Source: Marinobacter sp. (GTDB taxonomy: Bacteria; Pseudomonadota; Gammaproteobacteria; Pseudomonadales; Oleiphilaceae). Taken from it: a stretch of DNA of 64,000 bases. The stretch covers positions 33,739-97,738 of the forward strand of contig NZ_JBHIXV010000006.1 in NCBI RefSeq assembly GCF_041984545.1, in the 5' to 3' direction. A program made the translations under genes and the position numbers. Of this stretch, positions 11,955 to 21,075 are shown piece by piece. Each line of letters opens with the position of its first letter. The first letter of the stretch is position 1. The notes below the pieces were generated by a model. It made no database searches and was not told the origin of the DNA. It saw only the letters and a list, made by a program, of their open reading frames with translations.

Positions 11955-12752
11955 ATGACTATTTTTTTCGTTCTTGCATCGTACCTTGCCCTCGGAGCCT
12001 TCGCGGGCACCCTCGCCGGCCTGTTCGGCATCGGTGGTGGTCTGATCATTGTGCCGGTGCTGATCTTCAGTTTTGACCTGCAGGGCATGGACCCGGATAT
12101 CACCCCCCATCTTGCGGTTGGCACCTCCCTGGCTACCATCATGTTCACGTCGGTCAGCTCCATCCGGTCGCACCATCTCCACGGAGCCGTTCGGTGGGAA
12201 CTGTTCCGCCCCATGGTGATCGGAATCGTCGTGGGTGCGCTGGCCGGGGCATGGACTGCGTCGCTGCTGAGTGGTCGGGCTCTTGAGCTTACCATCGGTG
12301 TTTTCGTGATTGTCATGAGTCTCAAGATGTTTTTTCAGGTGGATCCGAAGTCGGATCGAGGTCTGCCGGGTTCGCGAGGGCTGACCGTAGCGGGCGGGGG
12401 CATTGGCTGGGCCTCTGCCATCTTTGGCGTTGGCGGAGGTACGCTGACCGTGCCCTATCTCGTGTGGCGAAATGTGACCATGCAACAGGCGGTTGGCACC
12501 TCTGCCGCCTGCGGCTTGCCCATCGCCATTGCGGGTACACTCGGAAACATCTGGACCGGTTGGCAGAATCCGGCACTACCGGGGTTGAGCGTGGGCTTTA
12601 TCTACCTGCCGGCCCTGGTTGGTGTGATTCTCACCAGCGTATTCTTCGCCCGTGTTGGCGCCAATCTGGCACACCGACTGAACGCCAATCGCCTGAAGCG
12701 AATTTTCTCCATCATGCTTCTGCTGGTGGGGCTCCGTTTTCTATTGAGCTGA
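11955..12752 (+). CDS. TauE/SafE family sulfite exporter-like membrane protein
   Basis: GLFGIGGGLIIVP and GVGGGTLTVP repeats, about 8 TM segments. Confidence 0.9.
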   Translation: MTIFFVLASYLALGAFAGTLAGLFGIGGGLIIVPVLIFSFDLQGMDPDITPHLAVGTSLATIMFTSVSSIRSHHLHGAVRWELFRPMVIGIVVGALAGAWTASLLSGRALELTIGVFVIVMSLKMFFQVDPKSDRGLPGSRGLTVAGGGIGWASAIFGVGGGTLTVPYLVWRNVTMQQAVGTSAACGLPIAIAGTLGNIWTGWQNPALPGLSVGFIYLPALVGVILTSVFFARVGANLAHRLNANRLKRIFSIMLLLVGLRFLLS

Positions 12753-12762
12753 GAGGTAGTTG

Positions 12763-13548
12763 ATGCTGCAGCACCCCCAGATTGACCCGGTGGCCATCGC
12801 CATCGGCCCCCTGAAAATACACTGGTACGGTTTGACATACCTGGTCGGCTTTGTCGCAGGCTGGTGGTTGGGCCGCCTGCGCACCCGCAAGCCCTGGTCG
12901 CCGATCAATGAGGAACAGATGGGGGATCTGCTGTTCTATCTGGCCCTCGGCGTTATTCTCGGGGGCCGTTTCGGTTACGTGCTGTTCTACAACTTTGATG
13001 CCTTCCTGGCCGACCCGCTCTGGCTGTTCCGGGTATGGGAGGGCGGAATGTCCTTCCACGGCGGGCTGCTCGGCGTCATGTTTGCCATGTGGTGGTACGG
13101 CCGTAAGGTGGGTTGTGGTTTCTGGCGCCTAGCCGATTTTGTCGCCCCCCTGGTGCCGGTAGGCCTGGGAGCCGGGCGTATCGGGAATTTCATCAATGGT
13201 GAATTGTGGGGCAAGCCCACGGATGTGGCCTGGGGCATGGTGTTCCGAACCGCGCCAGACTCCCTGGCCCGGCATCCGTCCCAGCTCTACCAGTTTGCAC
13301 TTGAAGGCGTGGCCCTGTTCGTGATTCTGTGGTGGTTTTCGTCCCGTCAGCGGCCAACCATGGCCGTGTCGGGGCTGTTTTTGATCGGTTACGGGGTGTT
13401 CCGGTTCATGGTGGAGTTCGTGCGTCAGCCCGATCCACAGCTGGGCTACCTCGCGTTTGACTGGCTGACCATGGGGCAGGTCCTGTCCGCTCCCATGATC
13501 GTCGCCGGCGCTGTCCTGATGTTCATTGCTTACCGGAGACAAGCTTGA
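12763..13548 (+). CDS. lgt: Prolipoprotein diacylglyceryl transferase
   Basis: [33 protein letters not shown]. Confidence 0.98.
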   Translation: MLQHPQIDPVAIAIGPLKIHWYGLTYLVGFVAGWWLGRLRTRKPWSPINEEQMGDLLFYLALGVILGGRFGYVLFYNFDAFLADPLWLFRVWEGGMSFHGGLLGVMFAMWWYGRKVGCGFWRLADFVAPLVPVGLGAGRIGNFINGELWGKPTDVAWGMVFRTAPDSLARHPSQLYQFALEGVALFVILWWFSSRQRPTMAVSGLFLIGYGVFRFMVEFVRQPDPQLGYLAFDWLTMGQVLSAPMIVAGAVLMFIAYRRQA

Positions 13549-14387
13549 TGAAAGCCTACCTCGACCTGATGCAGGACGTTGTCGACAACGGGTTTGACAA
13601 GGGAGACCGGACCGGTGTTGGAACCCGGTCTGTGTTTGGCCGGCAGATCCGCTTCAACCTGCAGGAAGGTTTCCCCCTGGTGACCACCAAGAAGGTTCAT
13701 CTGCGCAGCATCATCTACGAGCTGCTGTGGTTCCTGCGTGGCTCCACTGACAACACCTGGTTGCAGGAGCGGAAAGTGTCCATCTGGAACGAATGGGCAC
13801 TGGAGAATGGCGACCTGGGCCCCATCTACGGCAAGCAGTGGCGCAGCTGGCAGTGCCCCAGCGGCGAGGTAGTCGATCAGATCAGCGAGGTGATCGAGCA
13901 GATCCGCACCAAGCCGAATTCAAGGCGTCTGATTGTCTCGGCCTGGAATCCGGCGGAGCTGCCGGACGAATCCATTGGCCCCCAGGACAATGTCCGCCAG
14001 GGTCGGATGGCGCTGGCCCCCTGCCATTGCCTGTTCCAGTTCTACGTGGCCGATGGCAGGCTTTCCTGTCAGCTGTATCAGCGCAGTGCGGATCTCTTTC
14101 TGGGCGTGCCCTTCAACATCGCTTCGTATGCGCTGCTTACCCACATGATTGCGCAGCAGTGCGACCTGGACGTGGGCGAGTTTGTCCACACCTTTGGTGA
14201 CTGCCATCTTTACCAGAACCACCTGACCGACGACATTGTCTTCGAGCAACTGAAGCGCGAGCCCCGGCCGCTGCCAACGCTGGTGATCAAGCGCCGGCCG
14301 GCAAGTATCTTCGAGTACGAGCTGGAGGACTTCGAGTTTGAGGGCTATGACCCGCATCCGGGCATCAAGGCGCCCATTGCCATCTGA
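13548..14387 (+). CDS. thyA: Thymidylate synthase
   Basis: [40 protein letters not shown]. Confidence 0.99.
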   Translation: MKAYLDLMQDVVDNGFDKGDRTGVGTRSVFGRQIRFNLQEGFPLVTTKKVHLRSIIYELLWFLRGSTDNTWLQERKVSIWNEWALENGDLGPIYGKQWRSWQCPSGEVVDQISEVIEQIRTKPNSRRLIVSAWNPAELPDESIGPQDNVRQGRMALAPCHCLFQFYVADGRLSCQLYQRSADLFLGVPFNIASYALLTHMIAQQCDLDVGEFVHTFGDCHLYQNHLTDDIVFEQLKREPRPLPTLVIKRRPASIFEYELEDFEFEGYDPHPGIKAPIAI

Positions 14388-14408
14388 CCGATCGAGACAG
14401 GCGAGCAC

Positions 14409-14924
14409 ATGAGAAAAGCATTGATCGTTGCCATGTCCCGCAACCGGGTCATCGGCCGCAACAACAAACTGCCCTGGTACCTGCCGGGCGACCTCCGCTA
14501 CTTCAAGCAGGCCACCATGGGCAAGCCCATCATCATGGGGCGGAAAACCTGGGACTCCATTGGCCGGCCGCTGCCAGGCAGAATGAATGTGGTGATTTCG
14601 AGGAGTGAGGCATGGGAGGCACCAGCAGGCACCGTGGCCGCTGCGTCACTGCCGGAGGCCCTGGTAAAGGCCGAAGCTCAGGCGGAGCTCGAAGGGGGTG
14701 ACGAGGTGATGATCATCGGTGGCGGGCAGATATACGCCGAGGCCCTGCCGATGGTGGATCGCATGTACATCACCCAGGTACACGCCGAGGTGGATGGAGA
14801 TGCGTTCTTTCCGGAAGTGAACTGGGATGAATGGGAAGAAATCGGACGGGAGGATTTCTCCGCGTCCGACAACAACCCTTACGACTACAGTTTCGTGGTT
14901 TATCAGCGCTTGGCGTCGGCCTGA
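14409..14924 (+). CDS. folA: Dihydrofolate reductase
   Basis: VIG..NKLPWYLPGDL.YFK, IMGRKTWDSIGRPLPGR, IGGGQIY. Confidence 0.98.
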   Translation: MRKALIVAMSRNRVIGRNNKLPWYLPGDLRYFKQATMGKPIIMGRKTWDSIGRPLPGRMNVVISRSEAWEAPAGTVAAASLPEALVKAEAQAELEGGDEVMIIGGGQIYAEALPMVDRMYITQVHAEVDGDAFFPEVNWDEWEEIGREDFSASDNNPYDYSFVVYQRLASA

Positions 14925-16420
14925 CGCGGAGGGCGCTTGCCTGAGGGCTTGCCACCCTTGCCGGGCGCTTTTCCCTTGGCTCCGGGGCCACCACGACCTT
15001 TCTTGAAGCCGCCCTTGGGGCCCTTGCGATGCTCGCCCGGGCGACCACCCTTGCGATCGCGACGGGGCGGCGGAGTGGCGGAAACCACCGGCAGGGCATC
15101 TGGCTGCTCCAGTGGCAGTGATCCAGGCTGGGCGGCCTCCATCCAGCAGGCCAGGGCACCGGCTACCATGGCCATGTCCATTTCGTTGCGTTCGGCAATC
15201 TCGTCCAGCAGGGCCATGGTCTTGGCCAGCTTCTTGTCTTCGGCGAACGCCAGCAGCTGGGTTTCAAACTGCTGCTCGCGCATTTTCTTCAGTTCCACCG
15301 GCGAGGGCAGCTCGTAGGCCTGCATCGGGGAGTTGGTGGCGCGCTCAAGAGTGCGCAGCCAGCTCCGCTCCCGGGGCGTAACCAGCAGAATGGCCTTGCC
15401 CTCCCGACCGGCGCGGCCGGTGCGGCCAACCCGGTGGATGTAGGCTTCGGTGTCGTAAGGCACATCGTAGTTGATCACGTGGGTAATGCGCGGCACGTCC
15501 AGGCCGCGTGCCGCCACGTCCGTTGCCACGATAATGTCTTTCTTGCCGCGCTTGAGATCTTCCACCGTCTGTTCCCGCTGGCGCTGGTTCAGATCGCCAT
15601 TCAGGGGCGCCACGGCATGGCCGCGAGCGGATAGCTTCTCGGCCAGCAGGGTGGTTTCCGCCTTGGTGCGCACGAAGATGATCGAGGCGTCAAACGGCTC
15701 CACTTCGAGGATGCGGGTCAGGGCGTCGAGCTTGCGCTCGGCGTAGACCGGCAGCACGAACTGGGCAATGCGCTCCACGGTGCGGGTTTCGCTCTCGATC
15801 CGCACTTCGGTGGCGTTCTTCAGATAAGTCTGGGCCACCTTCTTGATCTGTGGCGGCATGGTGGCCGAGAACAGGGCGCGCTGGCAGTTCTCCGGCGTCT
15901 TGGCAAGAATCGCCTCAACGTCGTCAATAAAGCCCATGCGCAGCATTTCGTCTGCTTCGTCCAGAACCAGTGCCTTCAGGTTGTCCAGCTTCAATGTGCC
16001 TTTGCGCAGGTGATCCAGCATCCGGCCCGGTGTGCCTACGATCACCTGGGCACCGCGGCGCAGCCCCTTGATCTGGGGGTAAAAGTCCTGGCCACCGTAG
16101 ATCGGCAGCACATGGAAGTTGCGGAATCGGCTGGCGTAGGTGGTGAAGGCTTCTGCCACCTGGATGGCCAGTTCCCGGGTCGGTGCCAGCACCAGAATCT
16201 GGGGCTCGGCGATGGAGGCGTCGATCCGGCTGAGCAGGGGCAGGGCGAACGCGGCGGTCTTGCCGGTGCCGGTCTGGGCAACGCCCAGCAGGTGATTGCC
16301 CGCCAGCAGCGCAGGGATGGACTGCGCCTGGATGGGAGACGGGGTTTCGTAGCCAACGGCGGAGACGGCATCAAGGACGGCCGGATCAAGCCCCAGTTCG
16401 GCAAAGGTCAATTCAGACAT
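14903..16420 (-). CDS. deaD: DEAD-box RNA helicase, DeaD-like but shorter, with basic tail
   Basis: Q motif, AQTGTGKT, APTRELA, LDEADEML, SAT, HRVGRTGRAG. Confidence 0.9.
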   Translation of the reverse strand: MSELTFAELGLDPAVLDAVSAVGYETPSPIQAQSIPALLAGNHLLGVAQTGTGKTAAFALPLLSRIDASIAEPQILVLAPTRELAIQVAEAFTTYASRFRNFHVLPIYGGQDFYPQIKGLRRGAQVIVGTPGRMLDHLRKGTLKLDNLKALVLDEADEMLRMGFIDDVEAILAKTPENCQRALFSATMPPQIKKVAQTYLKNATEVRIESETRTVERIAQFVLPVYAERKLDALTRILEVEPFDASIIFVRTKAETTLLAEKLSARGHAVAPLNGDLNQRQREQTVEDLKRGKKDIIVATDVAARGLDVPRITHVINYDVPYDTEAYIHRVGRTGRAGREGKAILLVTPRERSWLRTLERATNSPMQAYELPSPVELKKMREQQFETQLLAFAEDKKLAKTMALLDEIAERNEMDMAMVAGALACWMEAAQPGSLPLEQPDALPVVSATPPPRRDRKGGRPGEHRKGPKGGFKKGRGGPGAKGKAPGKGGKPSGKRPPRQADAKR

Positions 16421-16625
16421 GGATTTACTCGGAATTCGGGAGGTAGAGCATGGCCGGGCAATGGCCATGCATGATGTGGGCGCAGTATAGCGGTTTTGTC
16501 CAGCTTTTTGTATGAAAAACCAATTCCGTCGCGTAGGTAGTTGCCGGGGATGCGCCGTTGCGTTGTCGGCGGATATTGGGCAATCTTGCTCCTTATCCCG
16601 ATAGGTTGCTAACAGGAAACACACG

Positions 16626-17414
16626 ATGACTTTTGATGAGTTGTTACAGGCCGCCGACAGCGGCCAGCCACTGGCGATGCCCAAAAGCTGGTCACAGGGG
16701 CGGGCGACCTTTGGTGGTCTTACGGCAGCGCTGGTGTTTGAACGTATGGCGCAGAGGGTACCCAAGGATCGTGCCATGCGATCCATGCAGGTCTCCTTCG
16801 TAGGGCCGGTGGAGCCCGGGGTGCCAGCCAGCTTCGAAACAGACATTCTGCGTGAGGGGCGGGCGGTCAGCCAGGTGCAGGGCCGGATCATGCAGAACGG
16901 CGAGCCGCGGCTGGTGTGCCTGGCAAGCTTCGGCGGTGACCGGGAATCACAGGTGCAACTGGAGCCACAGCCTGCGCCGGACGCTTCCCCGGTAGACCAG
17001 TGCCCGAGCCTTGATCATATCCCGGGTGTGACTCCCGATTTCGTTCAGCACATCGAGATGCGCTGGGCGTTTGGTCACTTTCCCTTCAGTGGCAAGGGTG
17101 GGCGGGAAATGGGCGGCTGGATGCAGTTCCGGACCCCTCCCCGGACATTCACCGATGCTCACATCGTCGCGCTGGTGGATGCCTGGCCTCCGGCCCTGTT
17201 GCCTCACTTTGGCAAACCGGTCAGCGCCAGCTCCCTGAGCTGGGCGCTGGATATCCTGCACCCCAGGCCAGTCATCGAGCCGGGCGACTGGCTGCTGTAC
17301 AAAGCGTCGATTGACCAGGCCGGCGCGGGTTATGGACATACCCAGGCCGGTATCTGGACGGCACGCGGCGAGCTGGTCGCGCTCAGTCGCCAGACGGTAA
17401 CGGTGTTCGGGTAA
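16626..17414 (+). CDS. Acyl-CoA thioesterase (TesB-like double hotdog)
   Basis: WSQGRATFGG, LREGRAV, DAWPP, SRQTV motifs. Confidence 0.88.
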   Translation: MTFDELLQAADSGQPLAMPKSWSQGRATFGGLTAALVFERMAQRVPKDRAMRSMQVSFVGPVEPGVPASFETDILREGRAVSQVQGRIMQNGEPRLVCLASFGGDRESQVQLEPQPAPDASPVDQCPSLDHIPGVTPDFVQHIEMRWAFGHFPFSGKGGREMGGWMQFRTPPRTFTDAHIVALVDAWPPALLPHFGKPVSASSLSWALDILHPRPVIEPGDWLLYKASIDQAGAGYGHTQAGIWTARGELVALSRQTVTVFG

Positions 17415-17453
17415 GGTGCTCGGATAAGGTGCCCGGATAAGGTGTTCGGATAA
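17402..17453 (+). repeat. Tandem repeat, 4 x 13 bp, consensus GGTGYYCGGRTAA
   Basis: GGTGTTCGGGTAA / GGTGCTCGGATAA / GGTGCCCGGATAA / GGTGTTCGGATAA read directly. Confidence 0.93.
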
Positions 17454-17462
17454 CGCCCCGCC

Positions 17463-18362
17463 TCAGGCGGCCAACTCCGATCTCAGGGCATCAATGACGA
17501 TCCGGGCAAAGTCCTCCGGTGAATCTTCCTGGAGGAAGTGGCCACCCCGGAGTGTAATGTGGGGCTGGCCATGGGCGCCGGGAATGCGGCGTTGCATGGT
17601 TCTCTCGCCACCCCGGGTGATCGGGTCGCCGTTGCTGAAACAGGTAATAAAGGGCTTTTTCCACTTCTCGAGTACCCGCCAGGCGGCCTGATTGGCCAGG
17701 CTGTCCGGTGAGCCAGGTTCGGTTGGAACCAGTTTGGGGAACGCCCGCGCGCCAGCCTTGAACTCCGAGGACGGGAATGGCGCCTCGTAGGCGGCCAGTT
17801 CCGCCTTGCTCAGGGTGCGGTCAGTGCCTAACTGGACAATGCGACCAACCGGGAACCAGGGGCTATGGCTGGCAAACGCCTTCCATACGGAAAACACGGT
17901 CGGCACCGGCGTATCGCCGGTGGGCAGCATGCCGTTGCCTACGATGATACGGCTGAACCTCTGAGGGTGCTCGGCGGCGAGTCGCAGACCCAGGAGCGAG
18001 CCCCAGTTCTGGCACACCAGGGTGATGTTGCTCAGGTCAAGCTGTTCCAGCCAGCTCGCCAGCCAGGCCAGGTGCCGACTGTAACTGTAGTCTTCCACCG
18101 ATGCGGGTTTGTCAGACTTGCCGAAGCCGATCAGGTCGGGCGCCAGCACCCGGTGTCCGGCACCGGCAACCGGAGGAATCATGTGTCGGTACAGGTACGA
18201 CCAGGAAGGCTCTCCGTGCAGCATCACCACCGGTGAGCCGTCGCGCGGTCCCTCGTCGACATAATGCATCCGGAGGCCGGGCGCTACGTTGAGGTGGTGA
18301 GGAGCGAAAGGGTAATCCGGAAGGCCGGCGAAGCGGGCTTCATCGGTTCTCAGAATACGCAT
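17463..18362 (-). CDS. Haloalkane dehalogenase family alpha/beta hydrolase with nucleophile Asp->Asn
   Basis: LRTDEARF, HYVDEG, LHGEPSWSYLYR, APDLIGFGKSDKP, GHFLQED. Nucleophile elbow reads VCQNWG. Confidence 0.9.
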   Translation of the reverse strand: MRILRTDEARFAGLPDYPFAPHHLNVAPGLRMHYVDEGPRDGSPVVMLHGEPSWSYLYRHMIPPVAGAGHRVLAPDLIGFGKSDKPASVEDYSYSRHLAWLASWLEQLDLSNITLVCQNWGSLLGLRLAAEHPQRFSRIIVGNGMLPTGDTPVPTVFSVWKAFASHSPWFPVGRIVQLGTDRTLSKAELAAYEAPFPSSEFKAGARAFPKLVPTEPGSPDSLANQAAWRVLEKWKKPFITCFSNGDPITRGGERTMQRRIPGAHGQPHITLRGGHFLQEDSPEDFARIVIDALRSELAA

Positions 18363-18506
18363 GCCATCGACTGTCCTGACTGATTGAATGCGTGATTGTC
18401 GGGCTTCCCGGCGGGTGTTTCAGCCCTACTACAATCGTCGAATATCAGGATAAATCAGATGGAACGTTACTGTGTTTGAGTTGCGTAACAGAGCGTTGTC
18501 TGTGTG

Positions 18507-18755
18507 TCAGGATGCGATGCCGAACAGACGCTCGGGGTTGTCGACGCGAGCCAGCGCCTGATCGCAGCAATTCACCGCGCCACAATCGTCGGCCGAGCAC
18601 AGTCCGATGGTTCGGCACTCGATGTCCTGGTGCTGGTTGCCCTCGTTCCGGAAAATCCGGGCACGGGAGAGAATGGAGTGGCAATGGCCGCAGAGCAGAG
18701 TGGGAACGGCGCTGCCTTCGGCCAGAAGTGCTGTGTAATGTTGATGTTGAGTCAT
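18507..18755 (-). CDS. Small Cys/His-rich hypothetical protein (82 aa)
   Basis: AGGAGG RBS 6 nt before ATG at 18755; 7 Cys including CGHC. Confidence 0.75.
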   Translation of the reverse strand: MTQHQHYTALLAEGSAVPTLLCGHCHSILSRARIFRNEGNQHQDIECRTIGLCSADDCGAVNCCDQALARVDNPERLFGIAS

Positions 18756-18830
18756 AGATAACCTCCTGCTTAATGCCAACATATGGGTCAAGTATGACAT
18801 TTCAAAGTCGGATCGACGGTTAAATACGGT

Positions 18831-19181
18831 TCACCTGTCCGGATCGACCACCGGTCGCCGGTTCGAACGCTTGTCGTCCCAGTCCAGTTCCTTCGGGTCG
18901 TACCAGCCGATGGCCGTCAGTACCCGCTCCCGGGTCTGGGGTGACAGCGTCGGCCACAGGTCCTGGAAATCCTCCAGGCCGGCTTCCCGTTGTCGCTGCT
19001 GCTTGCTTTGCAACCGGTTGATGATCCGGGGCAGTTGCAGGGCCTCGCCCAACTGTCCGGGCACGATCACCTCCTGCCCGAGGACTTTGCGCCGGTGGGT
19101 TCTGGCCGCGAGCACCCGGCGCAGTTCTGTGGCGGCCTCAAGTGCCGATTCAACGGTAAAGGTTTCCAAATCCAATAACAT
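18831..19181 (-). CDS. Hypothetical protein (116 aa)
   Basis: ORF fills the gap with protein-like composition; no motif recognised. Confidence 0.6.
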   Translation of the reverse strand: MLLDLETFTVESALEAATELRRVLAARTHRRKVLGQEVIVPGQLGEALQLPRIINRLQSKQQRQREAGLEDFQDLWPTLSPQTRERVLTAIGWYDPKELDWDDKRSNRRPVVDPDR

Positions 19182-19334
19182 TACCTGTCAGTTGGCTGAT
19201 CAATAACCGACCACTATACCCCGAAGAGGGCTACAGTGGCCATGACAGCGTGGTAGGCTAGCTAGCCGGGCAGCCCGGTCTGAACCGCATCGGGCGCCAA
19301 ATCCAGGATTCATTTTCGGGGAACAGCCTGATCT

Positions 19335-20429
19335 ATGTACGCAAAACTTGAAACACGGACTTTTCTGGCCCTGTTGGTAGGGGTTTCCCTGGCGTTTGTC
19401 TTCCTGATGAAGCCGTTTTTCGGGCCGATCTTCTGGGCCGTCGCCATCGCCCTGATCTTCCATCCGGTCCAGCAGCTGCTGGTGCGAAAGTTCGGCGAGC
19501 GCCCGAATCTCAATGCCTTGATTACCCTGTTTATCTGTCTGGTGATCGTGGTTATTCCGGTGCTGGTGCTGATTACGTCCCTGGTGGCGGAGGGCGTCGC
19601 GCTCTATCAGCAGATCCAGAGCGGCGAGATTCGCCCGGGCGAGTATATTGACCGGGTCAACCAGTCGTTTCCGGCCATTCAGGCGTTTCTGGCCCAGTTC
19701 GATATCAGTTTCGCGGAACTTCGGGATCGCGCCGTCAATCTGTTTGTCGGTGGCAGCCAGTTCCTGGCCAGGCAGGCCCTGGGCGTTGGCCAGAATACCT
19801 TCCAGTTCTTCCTGGGGCTGGCGTTGATGGTCTACCTGGCGTTCTTCCTGCTGCGGGACGGCAGTGCCCTGGTGGAGTTGATCATCCGGGCCCTGCCCCT
19901 GGGCGACGAGCGGGAAAGGCTGTTGTTCGCCAAGTTCGCCGAGGTCACACGGGCAACCGTAAAAGGCAATCTGTTGATTGCCATCATCCAGGGTGCCCTT
20001 GGCGGGCTGATTTTCTGGATACTCGGCATCAGCGGCGCCCTTCTGTGGGGCGTTGTCATGGCGATTGTCTCCCTGTTACCGGCGGTGGGTGCGGCCCTGG
20101 TGTGGGTGCCGGCTGCCATCTACCTGGCGGCGATTGGCGATATTTTCGAGGCGGCCATTCTCACCACGTTTGGCGTGGTGGTCATCGGGCTGGCGGATAA
20201 TCTGCTGCGCCCGGTTCTGGTGGGCCGGGATACCAAGCTGCCTGATTACATCGTGTTGCTGTCAACGCTCGGCGGTATTGTCATGTTCGGAGTGAACGGC
20301 TTCGTGATGGGCCCCCTGGTGGCCGCCCTGTTCATGGCCTTCTGGGGCATTTTTATCCGGGAGTTCAGTGAAGGGGCCCAGAGCCCCAATGCGGAGCGAG
20401 ATTCCCGGGGGCCGAAAAGCCCCGAGTAG
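19335..20429 (+). CDS. AI-2E family (UPF0118) transporter
   Basis: Multi-TM; AFFLLRDG, DNLLRPVLVG, GFVMGPLVAA. Confidence 0.92.
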   Translation: MYAKLETRTFLALLVGVSLAFVFLMKPFFGPIFWAVAIALIFHPVQQLLVRKFGERPNLNALITLFICLVIVVIPVLVLITSLVAEGVALYQQIQSGEIRPGEYIDRVNQSFPAIQAFLAQFDISFAELRDRAVNLFVGGSQFLARQALGVGQNTFQFFLGLALMVYLAFFLLRDGSALVELIIRALPLGDERERLLFAKFAEVTRATVKGNLLIAIIQGALGGLIFWILGISGALLWGVVMAIVSLLPAVGAALVWVPAAIYLAAIGDIFEAAILTTFGVVVIGLADNLLRPVLVGRDTKLPDYIVLLSTLGGIVMFGVNGFVMGPLVAALFMAFWGIFIREFSEGAQSPNAERDSRGPKSPE

Positions 20430-20573
20430 CCGGAGGCAGAGGCAGGTGATGTCGATCAAGGCGACATGAGACAAAAGTATGGTAGTCTTTGAAGTGTTTG
20501 CCCCAGCCTGTGGAGATAGGCACCACATAACAAGAAAGAAACCGATATCGGTGGGATATCAGGAGTTGAGCAG

Positions 20574-21002
20574 GTGAGTACCATGAGAAAAGCAACCACC
20601 CGACTGGGACGACTGGCCGCTGCAGCCGGCCTGGCCGTTACCCTGGGCTTTGCCCCCGCGGCATTCGCAGACGAGATTGTTGCACTCAAAAATGCACTTT
20701 ACGGCGCAGGGTACGAAGTAACCAATGTCAGCCCGCAGATGGACGACAGCACCCGGGCCGCGCTGACGAAGTTCCAGAAAGACCAGGGGCTCCAGGCCAC
20801 TGGCATTCTTGATGAGCCGACCAAGAAGGCTCTTGGCATGATCGAAGTGCAGGTGGCAGCTGCCAAGCCCGAGCAGACGGCCAACACTTCCGGTTCGCAG
20901 GCGAAGACGTCGGACAGCGCGGCAGCCGCTGGCGAGCAGTCGGAGCAGTCGCAGGATGGCGCCATTGAGGAAGACGAGGACGGCGGCTGGTCCCTCTGGT
21001 AA
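20574..21002 (+). CDS. Secreted protein with a PG_binding_1 peptidoglycan-binding domain
   Basis: Signal peptide ending AAFA; TRAALTKFQKDQGLQATGILDEPTKKAL. Confidence 0.85.
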   Translation: MSTMRKATTRLGRLAAAAGLAVTLGFAPAAFADEIVALKNALYGAGYEVTNVSPQMDDSTRAALTKFQKDQGLQATGILDEPTKKALGMIEVQVAAAKPEQTANTSGSQAKTSDSAAAAGEQSEQSQDGAIEEDEDGGWSLW

Positions 21003-21019
21003 ATCCTGGCCAGCCAAAT

Positions 21020-21052
21020 AAAAACCGCCGACAGTCTGTCGGCGGTTTTTTT
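21020..21052. terminator. Bidirectional intrinsic terminator
   Basis: AAAAACCGCCGACA-GTC-TGTCGGCGGTTTTTTT between convergent genes. Confidence 0.9.
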
Positions 21053-21075
21053 GTGCCTGAAGCGCGCTCCGCGGG

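Noticed and set aside
17402-17453. Possible CRISPR array
   Set aside because: The 13-bp units abut with no spacers, and no cas genes are present.
18781-18806. Sigma32 promoter for the Cys-rich gene (TTGAAA...ACCCATAT)
   Set aside because: The spacer is only 11 nt versus the usual 13-14.
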